Assembly (NCBI GenBank): GCA_040880185.1
Contig: JBBDIY010000044.1
Location: forward strand, 12,970-76,969
Direction of reading: 5' to 3'
From: Paenibacillaceae bacterium
GTDB taxonomy: Bacteria > Bacillota > Bacilli > Paenibacillales > UBA4045
DNA: 64,000 bases
The notes under the pieces are model-generated. The model was not told the DNA's origin. It did no database searches and saw only the letters and a list, made by a program, of their open reading frames with translations. The stretch's first letter is position 1. Every line of letters begins with the position of its first letter. Below, one piece after another: positions 37,709 to 48,501 of this stretch. The translations under genes and the position numbers were made by a program.

Positions 37709-38398
37709 ATGGACTCACACACGCTTATGCTGCGTGAGCTACCCAATGAGGAACGACCTAGAGAAAGACTACTGCAATTTGGGGCACATGCATTAAGTAA
37801 TGCGGAATTATTGGCCATTCTACTGCGAACGGGAACAGTTGCCGAGTCTGCGGTTAAGTTGGCAACCAAGCTTCTAGCCAAAGCAGGTGGATTGCGTAAT
37901 CTTGTGGGAATGACAATCGAACAATTTACGACCATACGAGGTATCGGTGAAGCGAAGGCGATACAATTGCAAGCTAGCATTGAAATTGGGCGACGCTTAG
38001 CAAGTGCTCGAATGAATTCGACTTATGTGGTAAAGTCTCCTAAGGATGCTGCCGACTATGTTAGCGAGGATTTACGCTATTTGGAGAAGGAACATTTTGT
38101 TGTTTTATTCCTGAATACGAAAAACCATGTTACTGGACACGAGACTTTGTCGGTAGGGAGTCTCAATGCATCAATCGTTCATCCAAGGGAAGTATTCTGT
38201 TCCGCTATCAAACGTAGTAGTGCATCCATTATTTGTGTCCATAACCACCCAAGTGGAGATCCAACACCAAGTCCTGAGGATGTTGAAGTGACACGCCGAT
38301 TAAGTGAAGCTGGACGTATTGTAGGCATCGATGTACTCGATCATATTATCATAGCCGACCACACCTTTATTAGCATGAAGGAACAAGGGTTGATGTAG
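37709..38398 (+). CDS. radC: RadC-family JAB-domain protein
   Basis: N-terminal HhH region LSNAELLAILLRTG and JAMM motif HNHPSGDPTPSPED. It sits upstream of mreBCD. Confidence 0.9.
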   Translation: MDSHTLMLRELPNEERPRERLLQFGAHALSNAELLAILLRTGTVAESAVKLATKLLAKAGGLRNLVGMTIEQFTTIRGIGEAKAIQLQASIEIGRRLASARMNSTYVVKSPKDAADYVSEDLRYLEKEHFVVLFLNTKNHVTGHETLSVGSLNASIVHPREVFCSAIKRSSASIICVHNHPSGDPTPSPEDVEVTRRLSEAGRIVGIDVLDHIIIADHTFISMKEQGLM

Positions 38399-38437
38399 TC
38401 GGCTGCAAAGAGCAGAGAGAAAAGGAGAAATCAACTT

Positions 38438-39469
38438 ATGTTCGATGGATTCACGAAAGACTTAGGTATCGATTTAGGCACAGCCAATACATTGGTGTTC
38501 GTTAAAGGTAGAGGAATTGTTGTCAGAGAACCATCAGTAGTAGCAGTTAATACAGATACAAAGACGATTGAAGCTGTTGGAGATTCAGCGAAGAAGATGA
38601 TTGGTCGTACACCTGGTAATATTCGTGCCATTCGCCCAATGAAGGATGGAGTCATTGCTGATTTCGAAACAACAGCTACGATGATTAGATATTTCATACG
38701 TCAAGCACAGAAGCCAAGATCTTTCTTCCCGCGTCATCCTTATGTAATGGTATGTGTTCCTTCGGGTATCACAGCTGTTGAACAAAGAGCCGTTGAAGAT
38801 GCAACTCGTCAAGCTGGAGCAAGGGATGCTTACACGATTGAGGAGCCATTCGCAGCTGCGATTGGTGCTGATTTACCTGTGTGGGAACCAACTGGAAGTA
38901 TGGTCGTTGATATTGGTGGTGGTACTACAGAGGTGGCCGTCATCTCACTTGGTGGTATTGTAACTAGCCGTTCTGTAAGAGTAGCCGGTGATGAGATGGA
39001 TGATGCCATTATTGCTTATGTGAAGAAAAACTATAACCTGATGATCGGTGAACGCACATCTGAACAACTGAAGATTGATATTGGATCAGCGATGAAGAGT
39101 ACCACACCAAATTCTATGGAAATTCGCGGTCGAGATCTGGTGTCGGGATTACCTAAGACGATTAATGTGACCTCAGACGAAATTACGGATGCATTGACAG
39201 ATACCGTCAATAGCATTGTTGATGCGGTGAAAGTTACCCTTGAGAAATGCCCGCCAGAGCTAGCGTCGGATATTATGGATCGCGGTATTGTGCTAACAGG
39301 TGGGGGAGCCTTATTACGCAACCTAGATAAACTATTGACACGTGAAACTGGAATGCCTGTTCTCGTAGCGGACAACCCACTTGACTGTGTGGCAATCGGG
39401 ACAGGGAGAGCGTTAGATAACATCGATTTATTTAAAAACAGGGGTGGGTATGGTAAAGGGAAGCGATAA
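38438..39469 (+). CDS. mreB: Rod shape-determining actin homolog MreB
   Basis: [36 protein letters not shown]. Confidence 0.95.
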   Translation: MFDGFTKDLGIDLGTANTLVFVKGRGIVVREPSVVAVNTDTKTIEAVGDSAKKMIGRTPGNIRAIRPMKDGVIADFETTATMIRYFIRQAQKPRSFFPRHPYVMVCVPSGITAVEQRAVEDATRQAGARDAYTIEEPFAAAIGADLPVWEPTGSMVVDIGGGTTEVAVISLGGIVTSRSVRVAGDEMDDAIIAYVKKNYNLMIGERTSEQLKIDIGSAMKSTTPNSMEIRGRDLVSGLPKTINVTSDEITDALTDTVNSIVDAVKVTLEKCPPELASDIMDRGIVLTGGGALLRNLDKLLTRETGMPVLVADNPLDCVAIGTGRALDNIDLFKNRGGYGKGKR

Positions 39470-39527
39470 ACGATAAACAATATTCAATTCATATGCCATT
39501 TCTGTTTCTGGGGTAGGGGAGTATGCC

Positions 39528-40388
39528 TTGTTCAGGTTATTGGGGAACAAAAAATTAATATTATTACTAGCCTGTTTGATTGTCTTCATTGCGCTAATGG
39601 GGCTCACATTAGGTGAGCGTAAAACTTTAACTTGGCCGGAGAAGCTTGTGAAGGATACCGTTTCCTTTACTCAGAGCTTGTTCTATAAACCCGCAGGAAT
39701 CACAGCGGGTTTCTTCGAGAACATCGGTATGCTTAGTGATGTCTATGAAGAGAATAAGGCTTTAAAGAGAAAGCTATCTGATTACGCCCAGGACGCTGTT
39801 CGATTGAATATATTGGAAGAGCGGGTCGGGCCATTGGAAGAAGCATTACTATTCACGGAAAGACAGAAGCAGGCGAATCGTTACATATGGCACTTTGCTG
39901 AGGTCGTATCTTCGAGCCCGGACCCCTTCGACCAGACGATCAATATTAATCTAGGTGAGAAGGACGGAATACGCGAGAATATGGCAGTAGCCACCGTGGA
40001 TGGATTGATCGGTATTGTTCGGAATGTTGCACCGTTCTCTTCAAGTGTTCAGCTGATATCAGCGATTGATTATAGAGTAGACTCTACAAAAGCAATTGCG
40101 GCAACTACAAAAGAGAATGAAGAATCATTCGGGATGATAGAGAGATATACAGCTGACGATTTGCTGGAGATGAATAAGATTGAATCAACGGATTCTATCA
40201 AAGAAGGAGACACGGTTGTTACATCTGGTTATGGTGAGGTGTTCCCTAAGGGTCTCATCATAGGTACAGTCGTCTTTAAGGGGGTAAGTGATTCGGGTAT
40301 TACCCTGAAAGCGATGATTAAACCGGCTGCTGACCTGAACGGAGCCAAGCTTCGACAGGTTTTCGTCATCGAGGTTCCTGAACCATGA
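39528..40388 (+). CDS. mreC: Rod shape-determining protein MreC
   Basis: An N-terminal TM and coiled coil (ENKALKRKL), with a beta-rich C-terminal domain (VVTSGYGEVFPKGLIIGTV). mreBCD order. Confidence 0.9.
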   Translation: MFRLLGNKKLILLLACLIVFIALMGLTLGERKTLTWPEKLVKDTVSFTQSLFYKPAGITAGFFENIGMLSDVYEENKALKRKLSDYAQDAVRLNILEERVGPLEEALLFTERQKQANRYIWHFAEVVSSSPDPFDQTININLGEKDGIRENMAVATVDGLIGIVRNVAPFSSSVQLISAIDYRVDSTKAIAATTKENEESFGMIERYTADDLLEMNKIESTDSIKEGDTVVTSGYGEVFPKGLIIGTVVFKGVSDSGITLKAMIKPAADLNGAKLRQVFVIEVPEP

Positions 40389-40912
40389 ATAATAAAATCA
40401 TTTGGCTCTTGATCTTTATCGTCTTCATCTTAGAGGGTACATGGGTTCATTGGCTAATTCCAACGGGTTGGTATAATGGATTACAGGTCGCTCCTCACTT
40501 TGTGTTGGTGCTAGTCTTATTCGTCTCTATCATTAGAAACCGACATCTGGGTCTCTTCTTCGGTTTAATGTTTGGATTGATGCACGATATTGTATATGCA
40601 AGTCCAATGTTGGGTCCACATTCTTTCAGTATGGGACTAACCGCGTACGCTGCGGGTGTCATGGCCAAACGACTTAAGATCACAATGATCTCAGCTTTAT
40701 TCATGATTTCTTTCTCTATTGTTCTGTACGATGTGGTAAATTTCTTGGTGTTTCGGATGTTTCGTGTGATCGATGTACCTTTTATTACGATATTCTCTGA
40801 TTTCATTATGCCTACTCTTCTATTCAATCTTCTATTTGCGGTAATCGTCTATGTACCCGCTCGCAGATGGATGGATAGAAGAAAAGTGCATCAAGAAGAT
40901 GAGTCACTATAA
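40385..40912 (+). CDS. mreD: Rod shape-determining protein MreD
   Basis: Small polytopic membrane protein overlapping the mreC stop by 4 nt. Confidence 0.8.
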   Translation: MNNKIIWLLIFIVFILEGTWVHWLIPTGWYNGLQVAPHFVLVLVLFVSIIRNRHLGLFFGLMFGLMHDIVYASPMLGPHSFSMGLTAYAAGVMAKRLKITMISALFMISFSIVLYDVVNFLVFRMFRVIDVPFITIFSDFIMPTLLFNLLFAVIVYVPARRWMDRRKVHQEDESL

Positions 40913-40981
40913 ACGGTTACAGGTTAATGCAGGAATTTGATAGGACTACAAAGAAATGTATTCAACAGGAGGCAATAGCTC

Positions 40982-41641
40982 ATGGCTGCAATCAAACATC
41001 TCGTCACGATAAAAGGTGTAAAAGAGGGGCTTATCTTCCTGTTGGATGATACTTGCAAATTTGATTCGCTATTGAATGACCTTCGCAATAAATTAACGAA
41101 GACGCATCAGAACATATTATCTGGTCCGGAAATTCAAGTGCAAATTCGTTTAGGAAAAAGAATCATCTCTGAAAACCAGAAACAGAGCATTATAGATATC
41201 ATTGCCAAGCGAGGAAATTTAATTATTCGTTCAATAGAATCCGATGTAAATATAGTACAAGAGAGTGACCCAACCAAACAGCTCAGAATGTTGAAAACGA
41301 TAATTCGTTCGGGACAAACGATTCATCATGATGGCGATATTCTGATTCTCGGTGATGTTAATCCAGGTGGAACGATCACCTCAACTCATAATATATACAT
41401 ATTAGGCTCGTTAAGAGGGATGGCTCATGCGGGTATTGACGGGAATGAACAGGCGATCATTGCATCATCTTATATGAAGCCGACACAGCTTCGAATAGCG
41501 GGTATTATTAGTAGACCACCGGATGAGTGGGGGATCGAAGAGGCTTTTATGGAATTTGCCTACTTGAGTGATAATCAGATGAAAATCGACAAGATTGTTA
41601 ATATCCATCGTGTTCGACCAGAAGCATTGGAACTTAATTAA
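40982..41641 (+). CDS. minC: Septum site-determining protein MinC
   Basis: It aligns with B. subtilis MinC (VTIKGVKEGLIFLLDD; IIRSGQTIHHDGDILILGDVNPGG...GSLRGMAHAG). Confidence 0.88.
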   Translation: MAAIKHLVTIKGVKEGLIFLLDDTCKFDSLLNDLRNKLTKTHQNILSGPEIQVQIRLGKRIISENQKQSIIDIIAKRGNLIIRSIESDVNIVQESDPTKQLRMLKTIIRSGQTIHHDGDILILGDVNPGGTITSTHNIYILGSLRGMAHAGIDGNEQAIIASSYMKPTQLRIAGIISRPPDEWGIEEAFMEFAYLSDNQMKIDKIVNIHRVRPEALELN

Positions 41642-41665
41642 GTATTTTTAAGGAGAGTGTTAACC

Positions 41666-42460
41666 ATGGGAGAAGCAATCGTTATTACCTCAGGAAAAGG
41701 GGGCGTTGGCAAAACAACGTCCTCAGCTAATATCGGAACAGCTCTAGCACTTCTAGGTAAAAAGGTATGTATGGTTGACACCGATATTGGCTTGCGCAAC
41801 TTGGATGTTGTTATGGGATTGGAAAATCGGATTATTTATGATTTAGTGGATGTAGCTGAAGGTCGTTGTCGATTAAGTCAAGCTATGATTAAAGACAAGC
41901 GTTTCGATGAACTGTACTTGCTCCCTGCTGCACAAACCAAGGACAAGGATTCGGTAACTCCAGACCAGATTAAAGATATCATCGTTGAGCTGAAGAAGGA
42001 CTTCGATTATGTGATTATAGATTGTCCCGCTGGAATCGAGCAGGGCTTCAGGAATGCGATTGCCGGTGCAGACCGTGCGATTGTCGTTACAACACCAGAG
42101 AATGCCGCTGTGCGAGATGCAGATCGAATTATTGGTTTATTGGAATCTCAGAAGCTGCGCGGAGCCAAGCTGATCATCAATCGTGTTCGAGCGAATATGA
42201 TGAAGAATGGCGATATGCTTGATATTGATGAAATTTGTCAGATTCTAGCTATTGACCTGATCGGAGTAGTGCCTGATGATGAGCATGTGATCAAAGCAGC
42301 AAACTCTGGTGAGCCTACCGTTATGAGTCCAACGTCAAGAGCATCCATTGCTTATCGGAATATAGCTCGTCGAATTGTCGGAGATGCTGTACCCCTGATG
42401 GCGTTAGATGAGAATAAAGGAGCCTTCACCAAGATTAAAAAGTTTTTTGGATTAGGATGA
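41666..42460 (+). CDS. minD: Septum site-determining ATPase MinD
   Basis: Deviant Walker A SGKGGVGKTT. The C-terminal amphipathic helix is FTKIKKFFG. AAGGAGAG lies 8 nt before the ATG at 41666. Confidence 0.95.
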   Translation: MGEAIVITSGKGGVGKTTSSANIGTALALLGKKVCMVDTDIGLRNLDVVMGLENRIIYDLVDVAEGRCRLSQAMIKDKRFDELYLLPAAQTKDKDSVTPDQIKDIIVELKKDFDYVIIDCPAGIEQGFRNAIAGADRAIVVTTPENAAVRDADRIIGLLESQKLRGAKLIINRVRANMMKNGDMLDIDEICQILAIDLIGVVPDDEHVIKAANSGEPTVMSPTSRASIAYRNIARRIVGDAVPLMALDENKGAFTKIKKFFGLG

Positions 42461-42466
42461 TGGTTA

Positions 42467-43618
42467 ATGCTCACTAGGTTAAGAAGAATCGATTGGATGA
42501 TTGTACTCATTTTGCTCGGATTTATGGGTATTAGTTATTTGCTGATCCAGAGTGCTATCACCAATAATTTAACATACCGAAATTCGGCCATGGATGATAA
42601 GATGCTCAAATTTTATGGTTTAGGATTTGTGGTCATGTTCGCTATGGCATTCATTAATTACCGGATTTTATTGAGATTGTGGATGGTCATTTATGTGATA
42701 GGTATTGCTAGCCTGGTTTTAGTTCTTAAATTCGCTGAGAAAATTAATGGGGCGAGAAGCTGGTTCGAAATAACACCCACAATAAATTTTCAACCTGCCG
42801 AACTGATGAAGCTATTCCTTATCATTGCTATCGCAGGCTTCATTGGTTATCGAAAAGGCGAGACACTCAGACTCGGTCAAGAAGTACTGCCGATTGGCCT
42901 CATCGTACTCATTCCTTTTGTTCTAGTATTAATACAACCTGATCTTGGTAATGCCATGATCTATTTAATCATTCTGTTAGGGATGCTGTGGGTTGGGAAT
43001 GTCAAGTATACGCACGTGCTTATAGGTACCGCGATTGCCGTTGGTTGCTTCTATTTACTCCTCTCTTTATTTCAAACGTACCATGAACCCATATCTGATT
43101 ATCTTGATTCACATGGAAAAAAGCATTGGATGGAACGAATTGATACGTTTATAGATAAAGACGCAGTTAGTCAGAAGGAAAGCTATCATCTAATTAATTC
43201 GCAGATTGCTATCGGTTCAGGTGGATTGTTAGGTGACGGATTTAAGCAAGGTAATTCACTACAGAACGGTCGAATCCCATATGCTTTCTCGGATTCTGTC
43301 TTTGTTGTGATTGGTGAAGAATTTGGTTTTGTTGGTTCATCTGCATTATTACTATTATATTTTCTTCTCGTGTATCGAATGATCCTGATCGCTATTCAAT
43401 GTAATCATCTTAGCGGTTCTTTGATTATTACGGGAATTGTATCGATGTTGGTTTTTCAGATTTTTCAGAATGTGGGTATGTTCTTAGGTATTCTACCGAT
43501 TACGGGCATTACTCTCCCTTTCATAAGCTATGGAGGGACCTCGTTACTCATTAATATGTTATGTATTGGAATTGTTCAGAGCATCCGTGTCCATCAGGAA
43601 CAGCCCTCCACATATTGA
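42467..43618 (+). CDS. rodA: SEDS-family peptidoglycan polymerase (RodA-like)
   Basis: About 10 TM helices and SEDS motifs (QPAELMK, SDSVFVVIGEEFGF, LPFISYGGTSL). The location after minCD suggests RodA rather than FtsW/SpoVE. Confidence 0.75.
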   Translation: MLTRLRRIDWMIVLILLGFMGISYLLIQSAITNNLTYRNSAMDDKMLKFYGLGFVVMFAMAFINYRILLRLWMVIYVIGIASLVLVLKFAEKINGARSWFEITPTINFQPAELMKLFLIIAIAGFIGYRKGETLRLGQEVLPIGLIVLIPFVLVLIQPDLGNAMIYLIILLGMLWVGNVKYTHVLIGTAIAVGCFYLLLSLFQTYHEPISDYLDSHGKKHWMERIDTFIDKDAVSQKESYHLINSQIAIGSGGLLGDGFKQGNSLQNGRIPYAFSDSVFVVIGEEFGFVGSSALLLLYFLLVYRMILIAIQCNHLSGSLIITGIVSMLVFQIFQNVGMFLGILPITGITLPFISYGGTSLLINMLCIGIVQSIRVHQEQPSTY

Positions 43619-43746
43619 ACGTGCTTCACGATTACTCATTACAGAAGACGGCTCCATTTACATGGTCCGTCTTCCTTATATCTCGAATAGCCAGACAAGC
43701 TTTGGCATACATATGAGAATGAGTAATTGTGGGGGAGACATGTCCT

Positions 43747-44406
43747 ATGAATATGGATGCGAAAAAACGTAGACAGCGAAGAATTAGCCAGTTAAATCCT
43801 CCACACCAATCCTGGCAGGAATGGCGCGTGCCACCGTCCCGGAATCGATTCCTGTACAAATGCTTCCTAAGCTTGTGCATCTATGTACTGGTCTGGACGA
43901 TATTCCACCTTGATGAACATTCATATGCCCAGAGGGCACAACAAATGATCAAGGTTGCATTGAATGATTCCTTCGATTACGCAGCATTAACCGCGTGGTA
44001 TGAAGCTCATATTGGAGCAATTCCAACCTTACTTCCGATCTTCGATGATCGCTTAGATGGTCGGTCGGAAACTGAATATTCGCTTCCTGTCGCAGGTCAT
44101 CCTGCGAGTAGTAATACGAGTCAACCAGGCGTCATAGCGTTTCACACCTCTCTGGATCGAGCAGTCACTTCGATTGGAAGGGGACTTGTTCAATATGTAG
44201 CCCCATCTCGCACGAATGAAATGACGGTGAAGGTACTTCATTCGGACGGTGTCTTGGCTGTATACGCGGGATTAGAGACCGTTCAAGTGGAGAAGAATGA
44301 TTGGCTTGAAGAAGGCGCGCTCATCGGACATACTGACATTCTGTATTTTGCCCTTAAGAGGGGAGATCAGTATGTGAATCCGGGGGACGTGATACCTTTT
44401 GATTAA
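43747..44406 (+). CDS. spoIVFA: Stage IV sporulation protein FA (degenerate LytM/M23 domain)
   Basis: A basic N-terminus, a single TM, and a C-terminal LytM-like barrel (VLHSDGVLAVYAGLETVQVEKNDWLEEGALIG...GDQYVNP). It sits immediately upstream of spoIVFB. Confidence 0.7.
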   Translation: MNMDAKKRRQRRISQLNPPHQSWQEWRVPPSRNRFLYKCFLSLCIYVLVWTIFHLDEHSYAQRAQQMIKVALNDSFDYAALTAWYEAHIGAIPTLLPIFDDRLDGRSETEYSLPVAGHPASSNTSQPGVIAFHTSLDRAVTSIGRGLVQYVAPSRTNEMTVKVLHSDGVLAVYAGLETVQVEKNDWLEEGALIGHTDILYFALKRGDQYVNPGDVIPFD

Positions 44407-45274
44407 ATGCTTCGGTGTTGTATATCGCTTCCACACCCTTTTTGTAATCATGATGGCTCTCTCGGTTGTTATGGGTTATTATGTTGAACTATTAACGTTA
44501 TTTGGAATTGTTATTATTCATGAGCTAGGACATGTTGCAGCTGCCCAGCATTATGGATGGAAAGTTACCGAGATTCAGTTATTACCATTCGGTGGTGTTG
44601 CTATCATAGATGAACAGGGCAGTGTCACAGCAAGTGAGGAGATTGTTGTAGCCCTTGCTGGGCCCTTGCAGAATGCTCTAATGATTAGTTTTGCCTTATT
44701 GATGAAATCAACAGCCCTCTGGGATGATGGGTGGGTCGATTATTTCGTTCAGGCTAATATGGGGATAGCGCTCTTCAATCTATTACCTATATTGCCGCTC
44801 GACGGCGGGCGAGTACTTCAAGCGATTTTAAGCTATAGGATTTCTTATTACTACACATTAAAGTTAACGATATGGATGAGTCTATTCATGAGTGGTGTGT
44901 TATTATCGGGATCCCTTTACCATTATCCTGTAGCTGGTCTCAATCTGAATATTCTCGTAATCGCTATATTCTTGCTTGCTACGAATTGGTATAGCTATCG
45001 AAATTTGAATTATAAATTTATCAGATTTTTAATTGGTAGAAGCAGTAGAGCAGATCATATACTTGCTCACGGTGGTTTAGCACAACCCATCGTAGTACTT
45101 GGGGAACTCAGTGTTGCCCATATTACGAAGATGTTTCGAAGGGAAAAGTATCATTTGATTTATGTGCTTAATAAGAATGGGACGATTCAAGCAGTTGTAC
45201 CTGAGCATCGACTCATTCACGATATATTCATTGAACATCGACCAATAAGTGCAGTTTCCGAACTTTTCATGTAG
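44399..45274 (+). CDS. spoIVFB: Stage IV sporulation protein FB (site-2 protease, pro-sigmaK processing)
   Basis: HELGH in TM (IIHELGHVAAA) and a second S2P motif FNLLPILPLDGGRV. A C-terminal CBS-like region. It aligns with B. subtilis SpoIVFB. Confidence 0.85.
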   Translation: MIKCFGVVYRFHTLFVIMMALSVVMGYYVELLTLFGIVIIHELGHVAAAQHYGWKVTEIQLLPFGGVAIIDEQGSVTASEEIVVALAGPLQNALMISFALLMKSTALWDDGWVDYFVQANMGIALFNLLPILPLDGGRVLQAILSYRISYYYTLKLTIWMSLFMSGVLLSGSLYHYPVAGLNLNILVIAIFLLATNWYSYRNLNYKFIRFLIGRSSRADHILAHGGLAQPIVVLGELSVAHITKMFRREKYHLIYVLNKNGTIQAVVPEHRLIHDIFIEHRPISAVSELFM

Positions 45275-45311
45275 TATAAGAGGAAAGGAAGATGATGCGG
45301 AGGCGATTGCA

Positions 45312-46547
45312 ATGAAACAAATTGTGGTTCATTGTGAGCAGGATGTAACCAAGGTCGCTCTACTTGTGGACGGCATATTGGTTGAATACTATGATGAGCG
45401 ACCCAAGGAAGAACGAGTGGGGAGTATATATAAAGCGCATGTAGTGAATGTTCTTCCTGGTTTACAGGCTGCTTTCGTCGACATTGGACAGAGTAAGAAT
45501 GCTTTTCTTTATGTGGATGATTTATTGGATGCGAATTTGGATAAAGTTCCTGCTGACAAACCGCCGATCCGGAATTTGATCAAGGAAGGTCAGGAAATCA
45601 TCGTACAAGTTGCGAAGGAGCCTCTCGGCACGAAGGGCGCTAAGATAACTACACATTATACAATCCCTGGACGATGGATCGTGTATATGCCGAATGCAGA
45701 TTATGTTGGGATCTCTAGGAAAATTGAATCACAAGAAGAACGGCAACGTCTGAAGGAACTAGGCGAGAAGCTTCGCCTTGACGGTGAAGGCTTAATTCTA
45801 AGAACGGTTGCAGAAGGTGCATCGTTGGAGGAGCTTGAGCGGGATCTGAATTATCTTCGTGATTTGTGGGCTAGTATTCTGGCCAAGGCTGAGATTGGGA
45901 AAACTCCGATTTGCATTTATCAAGATTTAGATATGGTACCACGCATCATTCGCGACCTATTCACCGAACAAATCGACGAATTAATCATTAATAATGAAGA
46001 GAAGAAAGCAGAAATTGAGTCTTTAGTTTTACAATACGCCCCACATCTAGTTCAACGGATAAAGCTATACGAGTCATCCATTTCAATGATTCATTATTAT
46101 GGCATTTATGACGCTTTAGATAAGTCATTCCGTCCTAAGGTATGGTTAAGTAATGGTGGATATATTAATATCGACCATACAGAAGCCCTAACGGTTATTG
46201 ACGTTAACACAGGTAAGTTTACGGGTTCCGTTGACTTGGAGCAAACGGTGTATGAAACCAATTTAGAAGCGGTAGAACAAATTTCTCGACTCATTCGGCT
46301 GCGAGATATTGGTGGAATTCTCATCATTGATTTTATTGATATGATCGAAGAAGAGCACCGGCAATCGATTGTTCAATCGATGGAGAAGTTGGTCAAGCAT
46401 GATCGGACCAAGACAATCGTTGTCGGCTGGACACAGCTCGGACTTCTGGAGATGACACGCAAGAAGGTTCGCTCACATGGCGATCGACTTATGTACGAGA
46501 ATTGTTCACATTGCGGTGGTGTTGGTAAGCATTTTATACTTCATTAA
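45312..46547 (+). CDS. rng: Ribonuclease G/E family endoribonuclease
   Basis: S1 domain GSIYKAHVVNVLPGLQAAFVDIG, catalytic-core motifs TVIDVNTGKF and ILIIDFIDM. GGAGG lies 8 nt before the ATG at 45312. Confidence 0.85.
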   Translation: MKQIVVHCEQDVTKVALLVDGILVEYYDERPKEERVGSIYKAHVVNVLPGLQAAFVDIGQSKNAFLYVDDLLDANLDKVPADKPPIRNLIKEGQEIIVQVAKEPLGTKGAKITTHYTIPGRWIVYMPNADYVGISRKIESQEERQRLKELGEKLRLDGEGLILRTVAEGASLEELERDLNYLRDLWASILAKAEIGKTPICIYQDLDMVPRIIRDLFTEQIDELIINNEEKKAEIESLVLQYAPHLVQRIKLYESSISMIHYYGIYDALDKSFRPKVWLSNGGYINIDHTEALTVIDVNTGKFTGSVDLEQTVYETNLEAVEQISRLIRLRDIGGILIIDFIDMIEEEHRQSIVQSMEKLVKHDRTKTIVVGWTQLGLLEMTRKKVRSHGDRLMYENCSHCGGVGKHFILH

Positions 46548-46565
46548 ATTCGGTGCAAATATAAA

Positions 46566-46594
46566 TTGCGATAAATTGTCAGTTGTGTTAGAAT
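46566..46594 (+). promoter_or_regulatory. Candidate sigmaA promoter of the rplU-prp-rpmA operon
   Basis: TTGCGA, a 17-nt spacer, then TAGAAT. Confidence 0.5.
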
Positions 46595-46715
46595 GTTTGA
46601 GTGCGTGTTGAGATACATGCTGCAACCGCTCGAAGAGGGTCATTCAAGTATGTTGTCCATGTGGGCTGCATCACCCCAATTTTCGGCGAGTCTTATGACA
46701 TGAGGAGGTGCTAAC
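46595..46715 (+). promoter_or_regulatory. Leader of the L21 operon (position of the Firmicute ribosomal-protein L21 leader element)
   Basis: An approximately 120-nt untranslated leader between the promoter and the rplU SD GAGGAGG. The call rests on position and on the known L21-leader in Bacilli. I did not verify the structure. Confidence 0.4.
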
Positions 46716-47027
46716 ATGTACGCGATTATTGAAACAGGTGGCAAGCAGTACAAGGTTCAAGAAGGTGATGTTCTCTTCATTGAAAAGCTTAATGCTAATG
46801 AAGGTGAAAGCATAACATTCGATCAAGTGGTAGCTATTGGTAAAGAGGACGGCTTTGTAGCTGGAACTCCACTCGTAAGCGGAGCAAGTGTTTCTGCAAC
46901 AGTCGACAAACATTTAAAAGGCAAGAAATTAATCGTTTTCAAATACAAAGCGAAGAAAAACTATCGTCGCAAGCAAGGCCATCGCCAGCCGTACTCGAAA
47001 GTAACAATCGGGAAAATTCAGGCGTAA
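46716..47027 (+). CDS. rplU: 50S ribosomal protein L21
   Basis: [18 protein letters not shown]... is a canonical L21 start. Confidence 0.97.
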   Translation: MYAIIETGGKQYKVQEGDVLFIEKLNANEGESITFDQVVAIGKEDGFVAGTPLVSGASVSATVDKHLKGKKLIVFKYKAKKNYRRKQGHRQPYSKVTIGKIQA

Positions 47028-47038
47028 GAGGCGAAGTC

Positions 47039-47371
47039 ATGATTCGAGTAGATATTCGACGTCAATCAGATCGAAGCATCTGTGGTTTTACTGTAACGGG
47101 ACATGCTGAATATGATGTACCTGGGAAGGACATTGTATGCTCTGGTGTCTCTGCTGTAACAATTGGCACAGTGAACGCAGTTGAAGCACTCCTGCAACTG
47201 GACCTAATACCTACTGTAGAGAAGGGTTATCTTTCTGTAGCAGTACCTGAGACGATCGATTCGATCACATTCCAGAAGTGTCAATTGCTATTGGAATCCA
47301 TGGTCGTTATGCTGCAAAGCATCGAAACATCTTATCAAACTTATATAACAATGAAAGAAACCATCATATGA
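47039..47371 (+). CDS. prp: Ribosomal-processing cysteine protease Prp (YsxB)
   Basis: It lies between rplU and rpmA and carries the GHA...D.VC.GVSA motif ([21 protein letters not shown]). Confidence 0.88.
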   Translation: MIRVDIRRQSDRSICGFTVTGHAEYDVPGKDIVCSGVSAVTIGTVNAVEALLQLDLIPTVEKGYLSVAVPETIDSITFQKCQLLLESMVVMLQSIETSYQTYITMKETII

Positions 47372-47387
47372 AAGGAGGTCGAAGCCA

Positions 47388-47684
47388 ATGTTAACAATGG
47401 ACCTGCAATTATTCGCTTCCAAAAAAGGGGTCGGCTCCACAAGGAACGGTCGTGATAGCCACGCTAAGCGTCTAGGTACGAAACGTGCTGACGGCCAAGT
47501 TGTCAAGGCTGGCAACATTCTAGTTCGTCAACGTGGAACTAAGATTCACCCAGGTAACAACGTGGGTATCGGTTCCGATGATACACTGTTCGCTAAAGTA
47601 GAAGGAACAGTTAAGTTCGAACGCTGGGGGCGCGACCGTAAGAAAGTTAGCGTTTATCCTGTAGCAGTTGCTGTTGAGGCTTAA
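47388..47684 (+). CDS. rpmA: 50S ribosomal protein L27 with an N-terminal propeptide
   Basis: The sequence [24 protein letters not shown] has a 10-aa extension ending in the Prp cleavage motif, ahead of a canonical L27. Confidence 0.97.
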   Translation: MLTMDLQLFASKKGVGSTRNGRDSHAKRLGTKRADGQVVKAGNILVRQRGTKIHPGNNVGIGSDDTLFAKVEGTVKFERWGRDRKKVSVYPVAVAVEA

Positions 47685-47704
47685 TCAACACCACACATCA
47701 TAGG

Positions 47705-47736
47705 CCCTGACGAGATTATATCGTCAGGGTTTTTCT
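47705..47736 (+). terminator. Rho-independent terminator
   Basis: CCCTGACGA / TCGTCAGGG stem followed by TTTTTCTT. Confidence 0.85.
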
Positions 47737-47809
47737 TCACGAATAAGAAAGTATAAGACTTAGAAAAGAATGTTCGAGTTATACTAATGTATGAACAGGG
47801 GACAACAGT

Positions 47810-48496
47810 ATGCCCGGGTACAGTTTGTGGGTATTAACAATAATAATTATATTATTGATTATTTGTATTGGAATATCTCTAAGGCGAATCAGACAACTTA
47901 AGAAGCTATTGACAGAGACGAGGGAAGCCCAATATGGAGAGGTCATTCGTACAATTGACCATCATCGACATGATTGGATGAACGATGTTCAAGTGTTATT
48001 CGGTTATATTCAATTGAATAAACGGGATAAACTTATTACCTATATCGAGAAAATATGTGATCAGATTCGCTATGAAGGTTTGATTTCGAAACTAGGTATC
48101 CCCTTCCTTATCGCTTACTTCATAAGCTTTCGGGCGAACACGAATGCTCTGATCCTTCATGTAAGGCTCGAGCAGGAAGTCTCATTGGTTAAATTTGGTG
48201 AGCTAGGTATTAGGATTGCGCAATCAATTATCACTTTTGTGGAAGCCTATAAATCAGCCGCGAGATATGGCGAGGGCGATGCGAATCAGCTTTCTATTAC
48301 TATGAATGAATGGGATGAACAGCTATTCATTGGATTTGAATACGATGGCATCTCTGATATAGAGCGTTTAAGGAGTAGTCTCCAAGAGATTATTGAACGT
48401 ATAAGTAAACACCAAGATATACATGTTAGTATTGAAGAGACGGAACATGCAGTGGATATTGAAGTACGAGTACGTTTATCGGAAATGACGGGGTGA
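47810..48496 (+). CDS. spo0B: Sporulation initiation phosphotransferase Spo0B
   Basis: The phosphorelay histidine context [19 protein letters not shown] matches B. subtilis SRHDWMNKLQLIKG. It sits directly upstream of obg. Confidence 0.8.
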   Translation: MPGYSLWVLTIIIILLIICIGISLRRIRQLKKLLTETREAQYGEVIRTIDHHRHDWMNDVQVLFGYIQLNKRDKLITYIEKICDQIRYEGLISKLGIPFLIAYFISFRANTNALILHVRLEQEVSLVKFGELGIRIAQSIITFVEAYKSAARYGEGDANQLSITMNEWDEQLFIGFEYDGISDIERLRSSLQEIIERISKHQDIHVSIEETEHAVDIEVRVRLSEMTG

Positions 48497-48501
48497 GTTA
48501 T

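Noticed and set aside
43530-43880. ORFs 43530..43772 (+) and 43632..43880 (-) at the rodA/spoIVFA junction
   Set aside because: They overlap the 3' end of rodA and the 5' end of spoIVFA in alternative frames. They have no SD and no motifs.
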